Shown here in pieces: positions 1 through 13,600 of a stretch of 64,000 bases of DNA; the first letter of the stretch is position 1, and the number at the start of each line of letters is the position of its first letter. Source of the stretch: Tubiluchus corallicola. Lineage: Eukaryota; Animalia; Priapulida. The notes under the pieces are model-generated. The model saw nothing but the letters and a program-made list of their open reading frames with translations, ran no database searches and had not been told where the DNA came from. A program made the translations under genes and the position numbers. The stretch is taken from contig JAQGDQ010000024.1 in the NCBI GenBank assembly GCA_030141605.1, positions 992,001-1,056,000 of the forward strand, given 5' to 3'.

Positions 1-1670
1 TCCTCATTTCGCTGAGTTGGTTCTGCACCAGGGAAGTACTTCTGCTCGTCGCCCCTTCTCGAAAACCACCGTGCATAGCTAAATAACAAAATTAATATAT
101 TGTATTAGCATTGTATAATGCTAAAAGTGCAATTTCGCATGTGAGACAGATTGCCTCTAAGTGCGCTTACAATGTGACCAATGAGCAGAATTATCTTGTC
201 TTATTTGTGAAAGATATTGTGAATGCAATAGAGCATTAACACTTTGAATTTTTGAACAGAAATGCACTTAATCTGATACTAAATTAAGTAATGAATTATT
301 TTTATTGTACTCTCCTTGACTAACTGCTGTATTATTCATTGTCCCTTTTTGTTTAAATTGTTATAATGTGTAAATATTCTTATTTTTATGCTACTAACAA
401 ATTTAAAATTGTACTGCAATTTCAAAATAAATAGTAATAATAACATTTAACAAACAATGTTGCACAATTTCTTTGTGATACATGTAATTTAGCGGTAGCA
501 AAGTAACTCTTTTTAATTTTTTTTAGACTTTGCTTATCTACTATTGAGCAACTTAGCACAAGAAAAACCGGATACAAATACAATGGCAAAAATAAAATGA
601 AACATACACAGTATCTGGATACATGGAGCTATGTATCAAGCTGCCCTTGCATTCGTAACGTAAATATTGCTCACACCGTGTTGACATTTCCATTAAGCTA
701 ATTATCTGATCCAAGTTTGCATCTGTAAAAGTAATTACATCAAACAACTACATTAGTCTATACATTAAACAATGATATTCCCGAATTTCTTTTTCAATGT
801 TTTCAGAACTTAAAAACAAATCCAAACAAATACTATGTAATGACAAAATCTAAAACAACATAAATTCACAATTAAGACACTTGCTAAGCAGTGAAAAACT
901 GTTAACTGCCAGTATTAAAAATGTAAACTTTTGACACACAATTTACAAAACTTGCCTTAAATTTTTATATTGTCTACATATAGTTTTACTTTGAGCAGAC
1001 TTAGCAGTTGATACATTCAGAGTTAGCATTTATCTTGTTAAATTTAAAAAATTAAACTCCTAGCTAATGGCTGACCTGTCAAAAATATGAAGCAAATCCG
1101 TTGCAACATCTACATTTTGAAAAAGACAAGCAAAAAGTGGACAAATTGTACATTTGGCTTGGTAAAAAATGTAATAAAATCATTACGGCACATAATGTAA
1201 ATATAATGCAGTATTTCAAGGGTGACATAACTGTTATATGAATATGATATAAATGTTCTTGTATAAAACAAAGATAACATACCTGGGTAATCAACAACAT
1301 GCGTGTAAGAATCAGGACCATCGCCAGGGTTTTCGTAACCGTCAACATTAAAACACCTTGTTGAGGTATGATTGACAACAGTAATTCCTAGAGAAAAAAA
1401 TAAAATGTTAATCTTAAAATAACTGCTGAATCAAATTTTACAATATCCTAATTGGTACCTAAAAGATAGTTTTAACTATTCGGGAAAATGCAAAAACAGC
1501 ATTAATTCTAGTGCATATTGAAAACATAGACTACATACCACCATACGTCTTGGAAAAAATACAGTTGACCTTGAAAGGCCTTAAAGGACCAGAACTGTCA
1601 GGATCAATGTAGTACTGTCCATCAGCAAAAACATTCTCATTCTCATAGTATTCAGCACAGGTACGATATA
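1..1670 (-). CDS. Gene 1 CASPR-type fibrinogen-like repeat 3 (truncated by window edge)
   Basis: YRTCAEYYENENVFADGQYYIDPDSSGPLRPFKVNC | ITVVNHTSTRCFNVDGYENPG | ...RCEQYLRYECKGS | YARWFSRRGDEQKYFPGA...; exons 1539-1670, 1283-1387, 608-722, <1-78. Confidence 0.85.
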
Positions 1671-4600
1671 CTGAAATTACATATAAGAACATGTTCAAAA
1701 CAATAGTTGGAGTCCAACAATACAGTACAAACAATGCTAAGCACAAAAGTGATAAAACGACTATTCTTCTCAAATTATACTAGTATATGTACAAGTTTAT
1801 TACTTGCAATAATAAAATTCATACGCATAAATGCGCAAGTGAAATAGTGACAAAATATATGTTACCAACACAAGTTTTACAAAAATTATAAAAATTAATC
1901 TGTGAAATGCAAACGGTATTATGGCATACGTACTTTTTGATCGACGCCTCACTAGAAAAAACAAAAAGGGTGATATAAAATAAATCTAACGTAGCCACAC
2001 AGTGGTTATGTGAATACACATTCATATATTCATGTTATATGATTGTGCATAGATATAATGTAAATAAATTTTACCTGCTATTATATAAAATTATAAGCAC
2101 AGTGATCACTGCTTAGTGAGAAAGAACCCACTTTCAACTCAATTTAGTAAGAACATTTGAATTTAATTTCGCCTGCAAGATACATAACAATCTTTGCACA
2201 TCATATCATTAACTAATTATAATTTTAACTCGTGTTTATTGATAGCTAAAACCAAAAGTTGCTAATTTTTATTAAGGCAGGGCCTTTTAAAAAGTCAGGA
2301 CAGATTCTTTCAGATCAAAGTTTAATTTTAAAAAGTTCACTAATTACATGCAACTATTATTAATAACATATCATATGTATTTATTCGCTACTAGTTAGTA
2401 AACTTTTCTAACTAAATCTCACATACATCAATGCTCTCCATCCAGCTAGAGATTTTATGCTACAACACATAGCTAACAAATTGAAAACGAAATTAAAATT
2501 CTCATAAAAATCTCAAGTGATTCAAATCAAATGACCTGTTACACTTATTACAATAACGTCCATATTACTCAGGTGTGCAACTTCTTTTATAATTGCTCAA
2601 ACTGAACTTACAGTGTGATAACGAAACATCGGCAGCTGCTCTTTCTAAAGTTCCCTCTGCTGTTACATTTTCATGACACTGTTTTGGCTTATCATATGGT
2701 AAAACATCTGCACCTAAAAGACAAAAAAGTAATCCAAATTTTAAATTCAAATATTATTGTGCCAAGTATGACAATATTCTAAAAAAATAAACAAAAGTGC
2801 CGAATATCAAGTAAAATATCCTGTAACTTACTGTCGTAGCATCTTAACGGCCCCAAGAAATGAAAACCTTGTTCTTCTTTTGCCCCAGTATCTCCAAATT
2901 TTAGTCTGGTTACCGGAAGCACAGATTTATCGGACAGCAATCCATCATCCATATTCCATTCCAGATGATTAGAATCACAGTTGCAACTACAATATAAATA
3001 AATGAATTATTTAATAATGAATAAAGGAATTAGCTACCACAGATGGCAATATTATACAGCTTATAGCAATTTACAAAAAAATCACTTGCAAAGCTTGATG
3101 TATACAACATGATAAACACTATTATTAATTTAAAAATAAAAGAATTAGCATAAATTGCCATATAAAACAGAAAGGTTTCTTACTATAATGTTTACTGCTC
3201 AATTTACATGGAAAACTTAGTTATGATACTCACCTTCGTCCCGTCATGCTACAACCACTAGCTGTAAGATTACATGCACACATGTCCATGCCAGTAGGGA
3301 CGCCACCCCAGTTGCTCTGTGCTTTTTGGTCAATACCCTCCCACCAAGCATACCTGTGAATTCATTCACATATACATAAATTTTATAAACAAAACAACAA
3401 CATTTAAAAATCAGTCACAAAAAGTAACTCTACTATTACTACACTTACCGAATTCCTTGATATCGGTAGCTGATAAATATGCTTCCGTAGCATTCGTAAC
3501 GGATATACTGGTCGCACCTGCGAGAGCTCTGTACAAGACCTTTTAGTTGATCATTAGAAATACCTGTAAAATAAATTTTATAATTTAAGCTAATTTTTAT
3601 GAATGAAAATTAAGTTACACATTGATTCATTAGCACATTATAACTTTCCTTAGTGCTTTGTTTTAAATTTCCTCCCAAAAAACTTTTAGATGCCACAAGT
3701 ATTATTATTAACATTATATAAATGTTTGGCTGAGAAAAGAGCTGAAAGCTAAATTCAATAAGGCCTAACTTATAACTAGAGGAGTGATAAAGTCTACGCA
3801 GATGACAGTTATTTATAGAGCAAGCTCACCATCGAATTTTAGTCACAGTGAAATCCTCATACTTGTCAAATAGCTGAAGCAGTTTTAAGCATTTAACAGA
3901 TTCAGGATTGCTATTCCAATGTTTCAGTAAGTACTAAAACTCAACAGAACTGCATGCAATTCGATACCATGTATGGCTGCAACAAGACCTATACATGAAT
4001 ACCTTCAAATCATACTCTTGCACATCAACAATGAAAAACAAAGAAATAAAATAACCTTTGTAAATGATGTCTGCTGTATAACTTCCAGGTTCTTCGTGAT
4101 TATTAACATTCATGCAGCTTTCACTGTCATGGTGCACCAAGGTGATAACTACAAATAAAATAATTCACACAGTATTACATGCTACACATTATTTGAAAAC
4201 CTGGCCATTTTCTAGATTAATCTTTGTAACATTACTGAACAACGTGAAATAATTTTTACACTCCAATGGTACCCTTAAAACATGATACAATTTTAACACA
4301 TAACTCAGTTAATTTGTCATCAAATTTGTCAAACTGATAACGTCAATATAGAATCTTTAACCAACGTATAAATTAAACATTGACTGCACGGGGCAAAAAA
4401 TATCATCATTGCATCTACAAATAAATAAAAAGTAAATGGCTACATTTATACGAAACTGAACACTTAAATGAACACAATATACCTTTCCCATCCTTTCTGG
4501 TACACTCTACTGTAAAAGGTTTGAGCGGACCTGTGCCATCAGGATCAATTTCATATTCCCCATCCGGTAAACTCTCCTCATTTTTAAGGAGCATTGCACA

Positions 4601-7600
4601 TGATCGATATACTGCAAATAACAATTATATTAAAATAAATGGAGAAAAGCTAATACATATAAGACACTATTCTATTACATATAAGGCACTCAAAAAGTCA
4701 TTCAGATCCCTTTAACTTCATCGCCTTGGAGAAGCCATAACCACAACATCTTTCACACATTTATACGCTGTACGGCTTCTGTTAATGATGAAGCAAATTC
4801 CATTATCTGCATAAATTTAAATGCAAACACATAAGGTGATTAACCAAAAATGCAAAGCTAAAATCTTACTCACTATTTTGTTGATTTATAAGTCTTTTGT
4901 TTCTAGTGGTTGTCGTCTCCACCCCGACCTGATTTACGTTTTTATCTTCGACACAACTAGATGGCTCAAAGCTATCGTGCACCTCATCATCTACAATCAG
5001 ATTTTATTTATAATTTATCTTAAATCTTGAGTAAACAAAGTTGTCACAAAAAACGAAGAAATCAACTCAGACATTTGTTTCTCATGCTACATATTTTCTT
5101 CATCAGGAGACTCAAACAATCTGCTGCCATGCACATCAATAACAAATGACATCCACACTGATCCACTAATTCATATATTTGGTATTTTATACTGTATAGG
5201 CAGCACTAAAATAATTTTTTGTGCTTGTATTGTTTTTTTTCAATAAACTGCAGCCTTAAAGAAAAGAAATTACAGTTTAAGACTAAAAAATAATAACGGA
5301 TACATACAAAAACGAACCAAAAAAAACTTTTAAGACATTTTACTTTTTCTTGCCACGGAAAGGTAAGGCGATTACGCCATTATCTAAACATTATGCCATT
5401 ATCTAAACATTTGTTGGATTAAATTTCATAATTTGTCTGACAATTCATAGAGTCAAACAATAATGAAGCACATATGAAAAGCAGATAAGATAAATATTGT
5501 CACAGTACAATTTATTTACATATAAAAACTACAGTAAGGCACATAATAATAAGGTACATGATAAATGCTTACCGTTATAGCATCTAAGTGGTCCTAAAAA
5601 ATGGTAGCCCTCTTCTTTTCCTGATAGCCTGCCAGTGTCTCCAAATCTTAGTTGGACAACAGGTAAAAGGTCTTTATTTGTCAGCAATCCTCCGTCCGCT
5701 AACCAGCTATCAGCATTGCTATGACAATTACAGCTAAACATTCAAAAATTTTATTACTTTAGATAAAACGTTTTATATTTTAAAAATAGATATTACTGGA
5801 TATCACTACTTATTTCAATTTTCATTTAAGGCCCTCCCTGCTAGAAAACTCTGAGTGATGGTAGCAGCAGTAGCGGGTTTTTGAAAATTCAAATAAGTCT
5901 TAATGCTTGCTTGAAAACTATAAATGAAATCTTTATATATTGTCAGTCAGTGATGGATTTTCCGCAGCAGGGCGCTTAAACTTTAAAGTATTAAGACTGC
6001 TTAGCCAGACCGCTATAAAATGAAGTAGGTTATCGTAGAAAAATGAACTGTTCTATTTGGTAATTTCTTTTGTGTTTGTAAACAGTATTAATTTCATTGC
6101 AAATAGTTGCATTTGTACAAAGAAAAACTGTGCAAACACAAAAAGCAAATTTTTACTTTAAGTTTGTGCATAAACATTAATTTTTTTGTTATAAACTAAA
6201 TACTGATAAAAATAAGTGACATTATGATAGCCAAATTTAACTGAAATGAGACAAAGTAAACAGCATAAAATTTTAATAGCCGCAATATCAGCTCAAACAC
6301 ATTAAAATGCATACCCTAGAGATTGTTTTATACAGGAATTTGATTTCTTGCAGGTGCACTGGTCACTGTTGCTGCCTCCACCCCAGTCAAACTGCCTCTC
6401 TCCATTTTGAGACACCCACCATGCATACCTAAAACAGTTTTTATAATACAGAATGCACCAGTTTTTTATATACAAAAAGCTAGGGAGTGGCCACTCACAT
6501 GTTGAATGGCTACAACTGGAAAGCGAGAATACCAATGCAGGTTCAGAAAACTGAAAGTGTCATAACAAATTTACTTATGTAAATATATATGTAAGGAGAT
6601 ATCAATATTTGTTGAGGTCCTTTTTGAAAAGGAATGCAATTAACAGGAAAAAAACTCAGGCAAAGAAATGTAGCAGATAAGACAGATAATGGAAACACTA
6701 GCTTTATAAAAGTCCAAGTGGATTTCTCATGTCTAGGAATGTTCAAGGTAAAACTGTCAGCAATGGAAAACCAATAAAGGGACCTCATTTAAACCCTTTC
6801 ATTTAAGAACAATAAGGAGGCTTAATGTGGCAACATGAGAGAGATTGCAAGACTGACTCCCAAGTCAGAGCCAATTGTGGTGCTCAGCATGCCAGACATT
6901 GCAGGACTAACTCCAAATCAGAGCCAATTGTAGCAGCATGACAGACACTGCAGGTCTAACTACAAATCAGAGCCAATCTGTCAAGTGGATTAAGATAACA
7001 GGTTGAAGCAACTATCTAGATGTCACTGCAGTACTAATTCACCCAAGGTTGAACAAGTTGTCGATTTACTGTTCGTTTTATTATCTGTGACTAAATAAAC
7101 TCTTGAAACTTTGATAAATGAAAATGAAACTTATATTACTGAAACATGAATCCATATGGATATGCTGTATTGATAAACATTTAACAAATATATATTGAAT
7201 AAAGTATCTAATCTGCCAAATTTTAAAAGTGTTCGTTACATTCCAAACGTTTGAAATTTTTTACCTTAATCGATTTCCGGGATTATACGTGAAGCTTCCA
7301 AAACATTCATATCTGATGTACTGGTCACATCGTTTTGAATGTGAAACCAGTGCAGTCATCTGCTCAGTAGTGGCACCTAAAAGAAAGTAAACAGAAATAA
7401 CTCAACTTTTGTTGGAATATCATATAATTGCAATGTGCATCGCAACTATAATAATAGTAATATAATATTGCACTGTAAAGCGAGTGTAAAAGAAGATACT
7501 ACTAGACCTAGTAAACATGAAAACATTTGTTTATTATCAAAAAATCACTGTAAATTAAATATACCGATGTAATTTTGAAATTCTAAATTCAACGTTTCTT

Positions 7601-10600
7601 CTATCAGTGCCAAATGATTGCACAAATCATCAAAAAATTTTGTTAGAAAACATAATACACCATTTTTTAATTTATGTATATATGTGTTACCTTTTTATTT
7701 TTAGTAATTTAATTGAATCATGTAAAGCAAAATTTGCTCTGAAATTTAACTTAAATTTGACAAATTTTTATATTTTTACTACAAATTAAATTTAACAGTA
7801 AAAAATACATGAAAGCAAGCAAAGAATATCCAAAATTTCTTACAAAAAAAGTAAAAATGACACTGTATTAAAGAAAATCAAATAACAATGCACGACCAAA
7901 AGTACTAAAAATATAGGTCTGTTTTACAGCAAGTGTAAATCTAATATAATATTCTTATAGCTAGCAAACTGGCTGGTTCTATTAACGGTCTTAAAAAACA
8001 TATGATTGCAAACAAACCATAGTAATTCACATCTCGTTTGTATTCGCCTGGTCCTTCATATCCTTTGACATGAAAGCAACTTGATGTATCGTGATTGACA
8101 ACAGTAACACCTGCAAAAATAAACAAAGGAAGTCGACAGCTGGTTTTGGTTAAACGTTGATTTTGTCGCTTTTTTTCTTAGTTCATTTCAGACTACTGTC
8201 CTAAAAAATATGTATACAAAAAATTGAGTCATGCATATATTTAACATATAAATACACTGATTGATCACTGAGCATTCAAAGAACCGAATCAAAAATCAAC
8301 AGCCATCTAGTCCATGATAACAATGATAATTTTACCAGTTTTTTCAGTAGACAGGAGGCAGGAAACTTGCATTGGAAGGACTCCTCCACTGCCATCAGGA
8401 TCGATCCAGTATAATCCATCACCATGGTCTGCCTGTGTACCTTTAATATCTGCACACGATTTGTGCTCTAGAATGAATACAGATTAAAATTATATTTAAC
8501 AAACAAGAACAACAGTTCAAAAAATGAAAGTTGAACGTTTAATAAGCTTATACCATATAGTAAATGTTTTATGATGCATTATTGTGATGATACAAACAGA
8601 ATTAAAGCTACCTCCTTTATTCAAACTTTGTGAGTACCACTTACTTCTTCGCTTGCTACCACTGGGAAAAAATTATTTCTGATCTGCTGAATGCTTTCCT
8701 ACCAAGACATCATTTAGATATGTATCCACCACAGACGTAATTCAAAAATTTATATAGGCATAGTCATGCAATTTTTTATGCTTGTTTATATTAGTGTTGT
8801 TCCGATCAAATGCATTATTTACTTAATATTAAATATATACAACATACATAGTCTGATTTGCATATTTAACATAGATGTCATTATTACACTAAACTGCTAA
8901 TGTCTGCTAAACCAGCAGACTGACCAATCCTTAACCAGTAACTCAACTGGCCTAGGTAATTTTCCAATTTAACAAACTAGAACACAAATTTTAACAAGTT
9001 TTGATATTTTTACCATACATTAAGTTTAACAGTAAAAAATACATGAAAGCACCAAAGAATATTCGAAATCTCTTACAAAAAAGCAAAAAATGACTCTGTG
9101 TTGAAGAAAATCAAATAAAGTGGAGGACCAAAAATATTAAAAACAGAAGTCAGTTTCACAGCAATAGTCTAACACACACATAATTAAAAATCAAATTTTG
9201 ATGTTGCTAAGCATCAAACTGTTGCAAACTTTCACAATGAAAAACAAATAAACACATGGTATCGAGCGGTATATCGAGTTTAAATGTTTGATTAAAGCCC
9301 TGTTGAATGATTTACAGTGTGTACACTACTAGCATAATTGCATATGCAATGAAATGCATAGTTAATTACATTTTAAAATAACAAAAAAGTGTTGTAACAT
9401 TGAAGGTTACTGATAGTGACTAAAAATATAGTTTTGCAAAATATTTTTTGTCTATTTGTGACATTAAACTACCAACATCATGTGTCTCATCACAGGATTA
9501 TAACAGATAGCATTGGCAATTTCTTGTATGTTACTCATTTTACTGTAGTTACAGAAATAATTTAGTTTTTTTACATTATTTTTGAATTACTTTGGTACAA
9601 AGTATTAAAATTTTGTAACTCGCTGCTTGCAGTTGCTGACTGACAGCGAGTCTGGAAAACCCTCTACCAGATGACCCTGAGATGGAAGGTGTAAGTCTAG
9701 GTAAAAAAGTCACAGATAAAGAAGTTACAATAAAAAGAATACAAACCCTAACCCTAAGGCTAAGGCGTGTAATGCCATCATATATAAATAGTGTTGTTAT
9801 TATGTACAGGAAATGTATTGCCAGTTAATAACGGACTAAAAATACTCTCTGATATTATTGTTTATGGTACCTACTTAGATAAATTGTGACTGACTTCTGA
9901 GTGAATTGAATACTTTTGTTGGATTAACCGACTTTCTTTCCTAGCCAAAATTGTGAGTTTTTTCTGGGTCTTTTGCTGTGACTATTGCCGGTCACCACAG
10001 TGACTACCAGTAGGCAGTACAAATTACAATAGTATAATTTGCAAAATACTCTTGCTGGATTAGCCGACTTTCTTTCCTAACCAAAATTGTGACTTTTTGG
10101 GCCCCGGTAAATTAATTGTGTGTTTTCTTGTGACCATTTTCCTAGCCAAAATTGTGAGTTTTTCTGGGTCTTTTGCTGTGACTATTGCCGGTCACCACAC
10201 TGACTACCAGGCAGTAGGGTAAGATAATTTGCAAAATTATATATTTCCTCGCACTTGGCATAGAAACTAATTTTACTAAAATAATTTACATCATTGAGCT
10301 GTAATGCGAATGCCTATTATTCTCCACAGTTGTATAATATATGAGCAAAACAGAACTAATAATTACATGTAGTGACTTATAACATGTTTCAACAACTTTC
10401 AGATTCGCCACATTTTCTATGATGATTCGAGCAATCTTTGAACACAATTTAAAGTCAACTGCATCTAATTTAAGACTCATGAAGCGCACACACCCGCCCA
10501 CGGGCACTCCAGTATTCCAAAAGGCAAGAACACAGCACTTAACTTCAAGATAAATTTTCACTGCCAAACAAGTGAGCCAGAACATCCTTTATTTGAGTTG

Positions 10601-13600
10601 AAAGGACTGAGTCTGCAGAGATCAGTGTTTTGCAAATTCAAAGCAAAAAAACAAGAGTGAAATGTAAACGAAATGCAAAAAACTAAAACCAGTTAGACGT
10701 TAGAGAATTTCAATAATCATAACTCCTTAATCATTACTAGAATGTAAAGTTAAGACATTGGAGGGCTTCACTGTGATCATACGAACACCTAAATCATATA
10801 ATTGCAATAAACTGATCGACACAGTTGATCAATTCTGACATAAGACTACCAAGGCATTAAAAATAGCGAGTTCAGCTGAAGACTATTTTTTATGTATATC
10901 TCCTTGTCTGTTTGATGCAAACTTGGTGCTTCTGGTTCACGTAAGTATAACTATAATATTTTATTAATATGATTAAGTATTTAAGTAAATTGGGCACGTG
11001 CCAATGTAGCAGTTAAACACAATTGTAAGAATTGATTATGATACATACCAACTTTGCAGACGTAGAACACTTTAGCATATTTCCTGACATTTCGGCATGA
11101 TCTTCTTCCCATGAAATTGTCAGTGGCACTAATGGAGCATTGTTTTTTGTCATTACAATTCTCAAAAATGTTACTGAGATGTCGAATAGAGATGGACTCA
11201 AGAGGACACCGGGGATTGACATCACTTCTGCCAGAGCACAAACTACCTGAATTTGAGTCTCTACCATACTTCACGTCGAGTACTTCAAGTAGTCCATTAT
11301 CACAACTTAAAATTTCTGTGTTTTTTTCACAAATAATGCGATGTGTTCCATACCCTAACGAAATAAAATTTAAAATTAACAAGATATGATATAAAAATCG
11401 TTTTATAATATAATGCGTTTTAAAAATATTTGCAATGCGTTTTAAATTTGTTTGTATCACGTTATAATAAAAGATTTACAACCAAAATATTTATATGACA
11501 TCTTCTGTAGTTTGACTTTAGATACACAATAGCCGTTTGTGCACATCGTTTGTTTGGTAGCTTCTTATTTTAGCATCAGAAGAAATCAGCATTAAGGCAG
11601 GAAACTTTTATCATAATTCTTTTATAACCCATTCATTATAATTTTATTCCTTTTGAACTTTTATTCAAATTTACTTTAATCATTATAATATCTCTTGTTC
11701 GGTGGGCTATTTAGAATTCTTTCGACTTCTTATTGTCAGAAATCAACAGTTGAAGAAGTTTCTGAAGAAATGGCGATTATGATGCCAGTATTTCTATTGA
11801 GAAACCCACATAAATCGAACCGCTTTCCATAAACTTTATGGATATCATAGCTGCCAATAACAACAGTTCTAAATAAGTTAAGTGTTCTTTACACAAAATA
11901 AAATGCTCTTTCTCATGGTGTTATTGGTTTTTATTAATTATTTTCGGTTTCTTTTGCACAGAGGGACATCTATTTCTTGACCCCCGTCATATGTAATATT
12001 AAATTTTGACCGTTTATAATATTACTAATTATACAGAAATGAAACGTAAATTTAGGCCTTTCTAGACTAATATTGAAACTATATGCTAGGTGGCTCTTCT
12101 TTCGAGACAACGTTCCACTTCCTTAAACATGTTACTAGCTTCGAACGCAGGGTATTATGCAAATTTTATTGGACCTACGAAAAGAAATTAGCTTTTCCTT
12201 ATTTTTCTTGTTTTTCTGAACAAGAAGGAATGTCGTATTATAGCACTATTGTTATAAGTAATAACAATCAATATGTATATAATTGTATACATAAATAACG
12301 CGAGTCAGTGAACTTAACCATCCAGTAGCTATAGCTGCGCCAGGTGCCAGCTTCATTAAAAATGCACAGGTATATACATTGATATTTAACAAAAGATAAG
12401 TGAACGCACTCCATCACCAAGTCTACAGAAATGTTATAGCCACAGTTTAGCTATAGATAAAATACACAGAACTGCATGAAAAAATATGAGTATAGCACTG
12501 CAAGAAAAAGAAAACAAAAATCAAAACAATCGAATGAAATGCATTAATCACAAAAGGGATGATACCTACGCAACTGAAAATTCAACAAGCGCAGAATTTA
12601 TTCAGAGAGAGAGAGAGAGAGAGAGAGAGTTGGTTTTCTCCTCCTATTTATTACAGTTAGTGACCTAGGTTTACACAGGCTTGTTAATATGATAATTTTT
12701 GTCTTAATTGAACGAGACAAAAACTCCATTAGACTGAAAAAACTACAGTAAGAAGGTGCAATATGTTTGTGTCTACCCTAAGACTGAGTTGATTTCATAT
12801 GCAGGTAGTGCTAGTCCTAGCTAGTAGATGTAGTACCACAGTAGTTATAAGTTCGACGCTATGTTTGATCAATTCTAACAAAGATCTGCGGCGTTTCGTT
12901 CCTAATATAATGCTTACGATTGCATATTTGAAGTCAGTAATTGTAAAAATTGGTCTACTGCTCAACTGTTTAGTCCTGACTAGATATGTTTAACCACGGG
13001 TGTACGTAGGTCTAGCTTTCAGATTTTATGGTGACACATTTGCTTCCTGAAGACTAGACATGACTGACTGACTTTAGCGTTAGTGTCTTTGTGTGACTTT
13101 AGTGAGTGACCTCGTTAGAATGGGCAATCGAAATGGGCGATTATTATTAATTATTAATAGCGTCGTTTGCATAGGTTGTTCGATTCCATTCGTTTGACAG
13201 TCACTACAAATTTTTACAAAGTGTGCACACACATCACAACTGGATCGCGTGTAAAAATTGTGTAAGTTTATCTGCCGTAAGCCTGGGCGTATCACCGTCA
13301 GTGTGCCATTCGTCGACATGGTGATGATGATCACTAATGACCGAGTACAGGCTATTATTTCTGGTGATTGGCGATAGAATTAAACATTTCAAAAGTTTGG
13401 TAGAAATTTGCAATCTGAATCAGTAATCGATCGCAATAAACTATATAAAATAATTTTTAGCACAACAATGAAATACGTTGTTTCAGAAAGTTCTTAGAAG
13501 GTCACGAAAATAGCTTTGAGGTTGTAGATTTTGAGCAGATTTACAGACATTTTTATGTTTAAGGAACAGTTAAAAGCAAAAAAAGTCCTAGTTATTTTCA

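Noticed and set aside
4715-4806. Possible extra exon in gene 1 linker 1 (NGICFIINRSRTAYK...)
   Set aside because: Has an acceptor but only weak donors and soon reaches a stop. Exons 4874-4990 and 4483-4611 already join in frame, and linker 2 has no equivalent.
1-8467. Calling gene 1 simply CASPR/neurexin IV or a classical FREP/ficolin
   Set aside because: No discoidin, LamG or EGF exons between the repeats, and the sequence after the shared N-terminal SC...IDPDG...C subdomain follows the CASPR pattern rather than the ficolin/fibrinogen GGWTV.Q.R pattern.
6830-10218. Short repeated units that might suggest a CRISPR-like array
   Set aside because: Eukaryotic intronic context, diverged tandem or dispersed repeats without unique regular spacers, and no cas genes.
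10400-10510. STASNLRLMKRTHP resembling the end of a BED zinc finger of a hAT transposase
   Set aside because: The upstream Cys pair and one His are missing and there is no continuing ORF or TIR; too degenerate to call.
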